A stretch of 20,000 nucleotides of DNA, from the sequence record DRR723986_16857; one strand, given 5' to 3'. Of the stretch, positions 1 to 7,394 are shown piece by piece. The translations under genes were made by a program, and so were the position numbers. The notes under the pieces were generated by a model. The model was given only the letters and a program-made list of their open reading frames with translations. It did no database searches and was not told the origin of the DNA. Positions within the stretch are counted from its first letter, which is position 1. The number at the start of each line of letters is the position of its first letter.

Positions 1-331
1 ACAGTTGCAAAATTTCCAAGCTACGTCCAGGTCAGCTCTGTCGATCACCGTTTGTGCCGTTGTGAAAAGGAGCGTGCTTTCTAGCTCGCAACTTGCATTT
101 GCCAGCCTTCCCCCCAAGGGCGGCACAAGGGGTGAACGCTAGCATTCGCGCCCGACGTACTAAGGGCATTGATAGAACCCTTCACACGGCAAAATGGCCA
201 TTCCTGCTTGCAAATGGCGAGGGTTCGTAAAACCCACAAAAACAAGGAGAACCAAGTTGACCCAATGCCTGCTCCACAGGGAAAATTTAGTGATCTGCAC
301 GTGTGAAACCGGGGATGCGGTTCAGGGTTAA

Positions 332-337
332 AAGGAG
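332..337 (+). promoter_or_regulatory. Shine-Dalgarno sequence of the CsrA-REC gene (also an ANGGA CsrA-type motif)
   Basis: AAGGAG 7 nt upstream of GTG 345. Confidence 0.7.
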
Positions 338-344
338 TGCTACG

Positions 345-1064
345 GTGCTTGTACTATCTCGAAAAGTCGGTGAAGCAATAGCTTTCCCTGCTCTGGATAT
401 CACGGTCAGAATTGCGCAAGTCAATGGAAAGTGCATTTCGCTAGGGATCGATGCGCCGAAAGATGTGCGGGTGCTGAGGCAAGAGCTTGTGCCGCACCTA
501 GAGAAAACCTGCAAGGCGACGCTGGGGAATGTGCCGCACGAGTTGCGAAACAAGCTGAACACGATTGGGCTGGCACTGCATGTTCTGCTGCAACAAATGG
601 AACGCCAATTAGGGGCCGACGAAGCGCTTGTCCAGAGCGCGCTGGATGCATTTCACTCAATCAATGCACTGTTGACCGAAAAGAGCACTCGCCCCAAGAA
701 GGTGCTCTTGGTTGAAGACAATCAAAATGAGTCTAGTCTCCTGGCCGCTCTGTTGCGTCAGGCCGGAATCGACGTCGCTACGATGCGCAGCGGGGAAGCC
801 GCGATAGACTATCTCCGCAGTGAGTCTCAGACGCCCAGCGTTGTTTTGTTAGACATGAAAATGCCAGGCATGGGCGGCGCGAAGACGTTGGAAATCATCC
901 GGAAGAACAAGCGGTTTCGAGATTTGCGGGTCTTCGGAGTTAGCGGAACGTCTGCAGAGGATGCTGGCGTCACCGTCGGGGCCCGTGGTGCGAATCGCTG
1001 GTTCATGAAGCCAGTTGCACCAGACAAGCTGCTTGAATCGATCAATCGAGACATTGCTGCCTAA
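345..1064 (+). CDS. CsrA-domain / DHp(HisKA-like) / receiver (REC) fusion protein, about 239 aa
   Basis: Part of ORF 303..1064. Start reassigned to GTG at 345 because AAGGAG (332-337) lies 7 nt upstream and the N-terminus then reads MLVLSRKVGEAI...LGIDAPKDVRVLRQEL, matching the CsrA pattern MLILTRR.GE.L...IGV.APK.V.VHREE. The middle has HELRNKLNTI (HisKA H-box-like). The C-terminus is a REC domain: VLLVED, LLDMKMPGMGG, VSG, FMKP. Confidence 0.9.
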   Translation: MLVLSRKVGEAIAFPALDITVRIAQVNGKCISLGIDAPKDVRVLRQELVPHLEKTCKATLGNVPHELRNKLNTIGLALHVLLQQMERQLGADEALVQSALDAFHSINALLTEKSTRPKKVLLVEDNQNESSLLAALLRQAGIDVATMRSGEAAIDYLRSESQTPSVVLLDMKMPGMGGAKTLEIIRKNKRFRDLRVFGVSGTSAEDAGVTVGARGANRWFMKPVAPDKLLESINRDIAA

Positions 1065-1097
1065 CGCGGCGCTCCAGGTAAAGCTGTTTGACTTGAA

Positions 1098-3251
1098 CTA
1101 GGGATGGTGTTGAGGTGTCAAGTGAGAAGGCAGCTCCGAGGCGCTGACGACAACAATCGGCTCTGAAGGGGCACGACTGCTGGTTGCTTCTTCGGCCAGC
1201 AGAAGCTCGACCGTAAAGACAGATCCCCGACCTTCGGCGCCAGCATCCACCCAAATCTTTCCATCGAAGCGTTCAATGATTCTCTTGCAAATGGCCAGGC
1301 CAATTCCGTTTCCGGTGTACTCGCCGCGGCCATGCAATCGTTTGAAGATTCCAAAGACGCGTTGGCGGTAGGCGGGGTCGATACCGATGCCGTTGTCAGC
1401 GAATTTGATTTGCAATCGATCGCCAGCAGCGTGCGACGATATCCGAATTTCGGGCTCGCCAGTGCAATACTTGATGGCGTTGGATATCAGGTTACTGAAC
1501 ACTTGCGTCAGTTGGAATTGATCAGCCATGACGAATGGCAGGTCGTCGAAGTGCACTTTAGCACCCGATGATTCAATCGTTAGTTCAAGATCATTGAGCG
1601 CATCGTCAAGCGAGGCTGCAGCGTTTGTGACGGTCGCCAGATTTCCATCTGATTCGACTCGCGAGAATGCAAGTAGGTCTTGGATGAGTGTTCGCATGCG
1701 TTGGGCGGCGTCGACGATGTGTTCCATAAACATCTGGCCATCTTCCGTAACCTGTCCACGCACCTCCTCACGCAGCAGGTTCGCAAATGAAAGTGTCTTG
1801 CGAAGTGGTTCTTGCAGGTCATGCGATGCGATGTACGCGAACTGGGCAAGTTCTTCATTGCTCCGCTCCAGTTCGGTGTTGGTTCTTCTAAGCTGTTGTT
1901 CCGCTTCGATACGTTCGGAGATATCGACGTGAACACCGATCATGTGAGTTGGCGAACCCTCAGACCATTTCGTGACGCGACCTCTGGAGAGAATCCAGCG
2001 GTAGCTGCCATCTTTGTGTCTCAGACGAAACGTAACGTCGTATACTGGCGTGTTGCCCGAGAAACATTCTTCGACGGCAGTCTGGGTTTCGGTGCGATCG
2101 TCGGGATGCAGTCGTGCTATGAACGTATCGTAGGAGTCGAAAGCCGTCACCTCACCGACTTGGGCGGACAACTCCTCGGAAACGTAGACTGTGTTTTCGA
2201 TCACGTCCCAGCTCCACAGGCCAATGTTCCCGCCGGTAAGTGCTAATTGCAATCGATCCTTAGTAAGCTGCAATTCGTCGCGGGATACTGTGGTTTCCGA
2301 TAGGTCTTGGAGCATGCGGTTGAACGAAAATGCCAACTGCTGAAATTCGACTGGTCCGTTTACTGTTAGTCGCTGCGAAAGGCCCTTCTGATCCTCGATG
2401 CGGCCAATCTGGGCAATCATGCTGGCAAGCGGGTTTGTGATCAGGCGTGAGCAGTAAAGGATTGTGCCGCCCAGGGCTGCGAAGCTGCAGAGGAACATGA
2501 AGACCAGGAACATGTCAGTGCTTCGAAGCGCCGCGAAGGCTGTGGCACGCAATTCTCCTTGCTGCAATACCAGCTCCACGGGCCCTTGCGTGCTCGAATC
2601 GGCGACCAGCCAATCGTGGGCGTTATTCTCGGATGGTCTGTCACTGTAGAGCAACACTCCGTCTTGATAAACCTGCAAGCGTTTTGATTGATCTGAATTG
2701 CGGAACCGATGAAGGAACTCATGCGTATCATATTTGGCCGCCAGTACACCCTCTGTGCTGGCATTGTTCGACGAACGAAACCGAATCGGGCAGGCGACCA
2801 GAATCGATTGACCGGTGACTTCTGCAACGGTGCGCCCCTCAGAGAGGGCATCCATATGTGGACCGATATCAATTGAAACGGTACCAGAGTTCGAAGCCAG
2901 GGGGCGGCCAGCGTAGTCGAACATCGCAATGCTACGAAACGCTGAATTTGGCAGCCGCAGTGTTCGGAAGAATGGAGGCAATTGCGTTCGACGTTGCTCG
3001 CGGCTAATCAACGCTTGGACAATCATATGGTTGTCTGCAAGTGCGCGAACGTAATCGACCAAGTCGTCGAGTTCACGTGCAACTTGGCCAGCAGTGAGCG
3101 CACTGGCCATGCGGATTCTGGTTTCAGCCTGATGCTCAAGGACTCGGGCAGCGAAGAATCGCGAGGCGAGTAACAGTACAAGCAACGCCAGCGCAGTCGC
3201 CGGAACTACTCGACGAAGTATTAGCCCTCCAACGGTTCGCCCTTTGGTCAT
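1098..3251 (-). CDS. Membrane sensor histidine kinase (TM - periplasmic Cache-like - TM - HAMP - PAS/PAC - HisKA - HATPase), with a bacteriophytochrome/COG4251-type transmitter core
   Basis: Two hydrophobic segments. HAMP: ITNPLASM...EFQQLAFSFNRML. PAS_3-like: IGLWSWD...LHPDDR...FRLRHKDGSYRWILSRG...GVHVDISER. H-box: FAYIASHDLQEPLR. N-box: QVFSNLISNAIKY. G1: DNGIGI. F: VFGIFKRL. G2: GNGIGLAIC. The Cache assignment is inference from size and position. Confidence 0.95.
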   Translation of the reverse strand: MTKGRTVGGLILRRVVPATALALLVLLLASRFFAARVLEHQAETRIRMASALTAGQVARELDDLVDYVRALADNHMIVQALISREQRRTQLPPFFRTLRLPNSAFRSIAMFDYAGRPLASNSGTVSIDIGPHMDALSEGRTVAEVTGQSILVACPIRFRSSNNASTEGVLAAKYDTHEFLHRFRNSDQSKRLQVYQDGVLLYSDRPSENNAHDWLVADSSTQGPVELVLQQGELRATAFAALRSTDMFLVFMFLCSFAALGGTILYCSRLITNPLASMIAQIGRIEDQKGLSQRLTVNGPVEFQQLAFSFNRMLQDLSETTVSRDELQLTKDRLQLALTGGNIGLWSWDVIENTVYVSEELSAQVGEVTAFDSYDTFIARLHPDDRTETQTAVEECFSGNTPVYDVTFRLRHKDGSYRWILSRGRVTKWSEGSPTHMIGVHVDISERIEAEQQLRRTNTELERSNEELAQFAYIASHDLQEPLRKTLSFANLLREEVRGQVTEDGQMFMEHIVDAAQRMRTLIQDLLAFSRVESDGNLATVTNAAASLDDALNDLELTIESSGAKVHFDDLPFVMADQFQLTQVFSNLISNAIKYCTGEPEIRISSHAAGDRLQIKFADNGIGIDPAYRQRVFGIFKRLHGRGEYTGNGIGLAICKRIIERFDGKIWVDAGAEGRGSVFTVELLLAEEATSSRAPSEPIVVVSASELPSHLTPQHHP

Positions 3252-4660
3252 TGCACCCGGCCCTCAGTGGCGTTGATTGGCAGTGGGCTCACTATTTGCT
3301 TGGAAGGTACTGCCATTCCGTCGGCTGTAAATCGCATCAGGCGGAAGTCGGTGACGTCTAGGGCATCGTGGTCCGCAGGCGAGAATGGCTGGTGATACTG
3401 CTTGACGACGCCCTCGTGGAATTGAAGCTGCTCCAATGCGAGCCGTACTTCCGGACGATTCAGCGAGTTGCAGTTGCGTACTGCTGCGGCGAGCAATTGC
3501 ACAAGATCGTAGGCGTGTGCTGTACCGAAGGGCGCAGAGATACGTTTAGTCTCTTGAGTGCCGTATTTGTCGCAGTACTGTTGGCCTAGCAGGATGGCTT
3601 CGGGGCGGTCATTTTCAAAGAAAGTAAACGTTTGTAGGAATCGGAGGTCAACTTTCTTAAGTGCATTCTGCGTCGATTCTTGGAATTCGCCGCCGAGGAT
3701 TCCCCAGTGCGAGAAGAACGGAATTCTGTCTTCGTCTGGCAGTGAGGCCATTTCTTTGACCGCGGCCGCCCCTTCGGGAGAGTTTGCGACCAAAATAACA
3801 GCTTCAGTCTCGGCTAGACGCAAGTGTTCAAGCTGGTCGGCAAACGAGCGATGGTTCCAGTCGAACCAGGCGGTTGCTGAAGGCGTTAGTCCGCGTTCCG
3901 CTAACGCGCTGTGGATTGCTTTTTCATTCGATTTTCCCCAACCGGTCTGTTCTAGCAGCATGCCGATTCGATCAAATCCACACTTCACAGCACTATCGAC
4001 CAAGAACTCGCCCGCATATTCATCTCTGACTGAGACGCGAAAGACAAAATTGGGAGAGTAGCCATTGGTGACGACTGGCGTTCCTGCTGCCCAGGGTCCT
4101 AGGTAGATAAGCTCGTGTTGATGAATGACGGGGAGTTCTTCGATGGCAACCGGGGTGTGCACTCCGCCGACAACCGCGAGCGTATTGGGCAGCTCAGCGA
4201 ACATCTCGATGTTATCGATCCCCCGTCGAGGATTCCCGTGGTGGTCACGAACGATGATTTCCACCGGCCGTCCCAGCAGCCCTCCGCGGCGATTGATATC
4301 TTCAACTGCTAATTCAACACCGCGCAAAATCGAACGACCGCCGGTCGCAGAATTGTGTGAAAAATCGGCGTCGACGCCTAAAATAACGCTGCCCGGATCT
4401 GGCCGCTGCGTTGCAGAAGATATGTTGGACTTCGATGGATTTTGCGGTGTGACTTTGGTAAGCCGTACTGCGTGCCGCTTTGGCACCGAAGCAGAAGTTT
4501 GCTCATGCGATCGGAGCTTGTCCTGAGCGAATCTCTGGCCACATCCAGATAGAAGGATCAAGGAGCAGGCAGCGAACAGAAGGCCTGAAAGCGGTGCCAC
4601 TTGCCCAATCAAGTAGCCCGGCACGGGCGTGGACTTGGATGGGAGGTTTGAAGCATTCAT
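3248..4660 (-). CDS. Type 1 periplasmic solute-binding protein (LivJ/Peripla_BP_6-like), probable lipoprotein
   Basis: Family motifs GVELAVEDINRRGGLLGRPVEIIVRD, AVVGGVHT, FVFRVS and AHAYDLVQLLAAAV. A hydrophobic stretch ends in the lipobox-like LSGC (Cys40 at 4541-4543). The stop overlaps the kinase start (ATGA). The exact start is uncertain. Confidence 0.88.
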   Translation of the reverse strand: MNASNLPSKSTPVPGYLIGQVAPLSGLLFAACSLILLSGCGQRFAQDKLRSHEQTSASVPKRHAVRLTKVTPQNPSKSNISSATQRPDPGSVILGVDADFSHNSATGGRSILRGVELAVEDINRRGGLLGRPVEIIVRDHHGNPRRGIDNIEMFAELPNTLAVVGGVHTPVAIEELPVIHQHELIYLGPWAAGTPVVTNGYSPNFVFRVSVRDEYAGEFLVDSAVKCGFDRIGMLLEQTGWGKSNEKAIHSALAERGLTPSATAWFDWNHRSFADQLEHLRLAETEAVILVANSPEGAAAVKEMASLPDEDRIPFFSHWGILGGEFQESTQNALKKVDLRFLQTFTFFENDRPEAILLGQQYCDKYGTQETKRISAPFGTAHAYDLVQLLAAAVRNCNSLNRPEVRLALEQLQFHEGVVKQYHQPFSPADHDALDVTDFRLMRFTADGMAVPSKQIVSPLPINATEGRVQ

Positions 4661-4957
4661 CGTGCAACCAGGCGACTACCGATGCGATCCAGCGATTCGC
4701 TTCCGGAGCACTGCGGCATACCGCTGACTAGGGGGTTGGTAATGTGGCGTGACAGCGAAGGTCGTAGATTTACTCGGAAGCATAGCCCGCCAAATGCCAG
4801 CGAATGCTCAAATTTCCTACCCCCTACGGAGGGATTGCTTCCACATGCGCCGATTTTGTCACCGCGACACAGCTCCAGAGACTGGACTCGTACGGAAAAT
4901 AGTAAAGCACGACGTGTTTGCGTCGGGTGAAGTGATTCGATAGGCGGAAGTGCTGCA

Positions 4958-5371
4958 ATGAGTGATCAGAAGATCTTGATAGTTGATGATGACAGCGCGG
5001 ACCGCTTCCTGCTTCGTCGTCTACTGACGCGAGCTGGAGTCTCGGCTGAATTCGAAGAATGCCTCGACGGTGAACTGGCTCTCGAGTACTTCAGAGCGAC
5101 GGCGGAAGATTCCCTACCAGATCTGGTGCTGCTGGACATCAATATGCCCAGAATGAACGGGATCGAGTTCCTGCAGCACTATGCAGAACTCCTGAAGGAG
5201 TCGCCGCAGCGGAGCGTACCGATCATTGCTATGCTGACTTCTGTATCGCGAAGCGACGAAGAGCAGTGTTTGTCTTACGACTTCGTGGTAGGTCAAGCTA
5301 CGAAACTGCACGAGAAGACAGATTTGCTGGTCGAACAAATCCGCCAAGTCATCGGCGACGAACTTAAGTAG
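4958..5371 (+). CDS. Single-domain response regulator (CheY/Rcp1-like)
   Basis: ILIVDDD, DGELALEY, LPDLVLLDINMPRMNGIEFL and MLTS are present, as is the conserved Lys (ATKL). There is no output domain. Confidence 0.93.
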   Translation: MSDQKILIVDDDSADRFLLRRLLTRAGVSAEFEECLDGELALEYFRATAEDSLPDLVLLDINMPRMNGIEFLQHYAELLKESPQRSVPIIAMLTSVSRSDEEQCLSYDFVVGQATKLHEKTDLLVEQIRQVIGDELK

Positions 5372-5392
5372 CAGTTGAGCCCGAAGGAGCTT

Positions 5393-7186
5393 TTACTGCG
5401 AATCTTTTGCGGCCGCTGGTGGTGTTTCGACTTCGATGTGCAGTTCGTGCAACTGTTTGGTCTCCACGTCGCCAGGCGCACCGGTCATTAGGTCCATCGC
5501 GCGTTGGGTTTTCGGGAATGCGATGCAGTCGCGGATGTTGTCCAGCCCGCCGAAGATCATGACGACACGATCAATTCCCAGGGCAATCCCGCCATGCGGA
5601 GGCGCGCCGTATCGTAGCGCATCAAGCAAGAAACCGAATCGATCTTCGGCCATCTCTGGTGTAATGCCTAGCAAATCAAAAACGGTTTGTTGGGTTTCAG
5701 GATCATGGATCCGAGTCGTCCCACCGCCGGCCTCATAGCCGTTGATCACCAAGTCGTAGGCCTGTGCCCTGCACTTCTCCGGATTCGACGTTAACAACTC
5801 AAGGTCTTGGGGACGCGGTGCAGTGAACGGATGGTGCATCGCAACCCATCGATCCTCTTCTTCGTCCTTTTCGAACATCGGGAACTCAACAACCCAGGAG
5901 AAGTGTAGCTCGTTGGGGTCATAAAGCTTAAGTTCTGCAGCAAGGCGACGCCGTAAGCCATTGAGTCCGCGGCATGTCACTAGCCAAGAATCGGCAAGCA
6001 AGAGTAACAAGTCGCCAGGCTTGGCATCGAACTTCTGCGCGAAGCCGTCTAGAACGGGTTGTTCTAGGTTCTTGCTGATTGGCGACCAGAGCGACCCATC
6101 CTCTTCGACGCGGAACCAAGCAAGTCCTTTGGCTCCGAAGTCATTCTTCATGTACTCGGTTAACTCATCGATGCGTCGACGTGAAAACTCTTCCGCCCGC
6201 CCGTCGACTTTAATGCCGCGGACAAAACCACCGCCGTCGACCGCTCCGCGGAATACGCGAAACTCCGTCTGCTTGGCAAGGTCGCTGCAGTCGACAATTT
6301 CCATGCCGTACCGGAGATCTGGGCAGTCGCTGCCAAACCGACGCATGGCTTCGTCATAAGTCATACGTGGCAAAGGCGTCTGTATGTCCAGGTCTCGCAG
6401 GTCCTTGGCCAGCTTCGTTACCAGACCATCAATCATGCTCATCACATCGTCGGCATCGACGAAGGACATCTCCATGTCCAACTGCGTGAACTCTGGCTGA
6501 CGATCGGCCCGCAGATCTTCGTCTCGGAAGCACCGGGCGACTTGGACATATCGGTCGAAGCCAGCGACCATCAAGATTTGTTTGTACAACTGCGGCGACT
6601 GCGGCAGAGCAAAGAATTGCCCCCAGTGGACGCGGCTGGGCACCAGGTAGTCGCGTGCACCTTCGGGTGTACTTCTGCCAAGGATGGGGGTTTCGACATC
6701 GACGAATTTATTGTCCGCAAAGTAGTCCCGCATCAACTTGATGATCTGACTACGTAGAACCATCGTGGATTGCATCGACTCGCGTCGTAGGTCGATGAAT
6801 CGATGCCGCAGTCGCAGGTCTTCCCCGGGGAGCTCTTCTTGGTTTGGGAAAAACGGCGGCGTCTTGCAACGGTTCAGCAGTTCGACGTTTGTGGCGCGAA
6901 TTTCTATCTCGCCGGTCGGCAGTTTCGAGTTGTCTTTTCCGACCAAGCGGAGGCTCACGACTCCTTCGATTTTTGCAACGTCTTCGCTGCGCAGACGCTT
7001 GGCGACCTCAAGGTTCTCTGCGCCACAGTCGGGATTTACCACGACTTGAGTCTTGCCGTAGCGGTCGCGCAGGTCCAGAAAAATCGTCCCTCCGTGGTCG
7101 CGGGATTTGTCCACCCAACCGCAAAGTGTCACAACTTCATCGACATTGGAGCTGCGGAGTTCACCGCAGGTGTGCGAGCGTAGCAA
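5393..7186 (-). CDS. aspS: Aspartate--tRNA(Asp/Asn) ligase, likely non-discriminating
   Basis: RSHTCGELR, RDHGG, STPEGARDYLVPSR, ALPQSPQLYKQ, motif 2 RCFRDEDLRADRQPEFTQLD, motif 3 GAPPHGGIALGIDR and IAFPKT. TTG start. Confidence 0.98.
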   Translation of the reverse strand: MLRSHTCGELRSSNVDEVVTLCGWVDKSRDHGGTIFLDLRDRYGKTQVVVNPDCGAENLEVAKRLRSEDVAKIEGVVSLRLVGKDNSKLPTGEIEIRATNVELLNRCKTPPFFPNQEELPGEDLRLRHRFIDLRRESMQSTMVLRSQIIKLMRDYFADNKFVDVETPILGRSTPEGARDYLVPSRVHWGQFFALPQSPQLYKQILMVAGFDRYVQVARCFRDEDLRADRQPEFTQLDMEMSFVDADDVMSMIDGLVTKLAKDLRDLDIQTPLPRMTYDEAMRRFGSDCPDLRYGMEIVDCSDLAKQTEFRVFRGAVDGGGFVRGIKVDGRAEEFSRRRIDELTEYMKNDFGAKGLAWFRVEEDGSLWSPISKNLEQPVLDGFAQKFDAKPGDLLLLLADSWLVTCRGLNGLRRRLAAELKLYDPNELHFSWVVEFPMFEKDEEEDRWVAMHHPFTAPRPQDLELLTSNPEKCRAQAYDLVINGYEAGGGTTRIHDPETQQTVFDLLGITPEMAEDRFGFLLDALRYGAPPHGGIALGIDRVVMIFGGLDNIRDCIAFPKTQRAMDLMTGAPGDVETKQLHELHIEVETPPAAAKDSQ

Positions 7187-7394
7187 GGTACTAGTTCCGT
7201 AAATGTTTCGTTCGAGTTTAGCGTGGGGCCGAGGCCTCGCCGGCTCATCGCTTCAGCAATGCACGTCTGAAACGATCGACCGTTGAGCCCTGTTTCGCCC
7301 GGGGCCTGCAAGCAGGTGTGGAAATCGCATTCCTCAGAAAGCTTTGCTCTCGGAGGGGCGAAAGTGAATGGCGTGACGCGAGCAATCGAGCCCA

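Noticed and set aside
88-211. TGGC...TTGC pairs suggesting sigma54 promoters (195-211 on +, about 88-104 on -)
   Set aside because: The GG-to-GC spacing is 12 rather than the required 10.
183-235. CACACGGCAAA resembling the start of a c-di-GMP-I riboswitch
   Set aside because: The following P2 stem with GNRA loop and the GACGCAAAGC-like segment are absent.
303-344. N-terminal extension of the CsrA-REC ORF as given in the ORF track
   Set aside because: CsrA domains begin at ML(V/I)L(S/T)R and need a near-free N-terminus. The strong SD supports GTG 345 instead.
1098-1850. Bacteriophytochrome call for the kinase
   Set aside because: Only the transmitter core is phytochrome-like. There is no GAF-PHY photosensory module, and the input is a periplasmic domain with HAMP and PAS.
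4682-4943. Short ORFs (82 aa, 64 aa) between the SBP and RR genes
   Set aside because: No recognisable motifs or clear SD. The region is better explained as a divergent promoter region.
7293-7363. tRNA gene or T-box upstream of aspS
   Set aside because: It is tRNA-sized but has no TTCRA loop, D-loop GG or proper anticodon arm, and no T-box consensus on the coding strand. Kept only as a generic structured leader.
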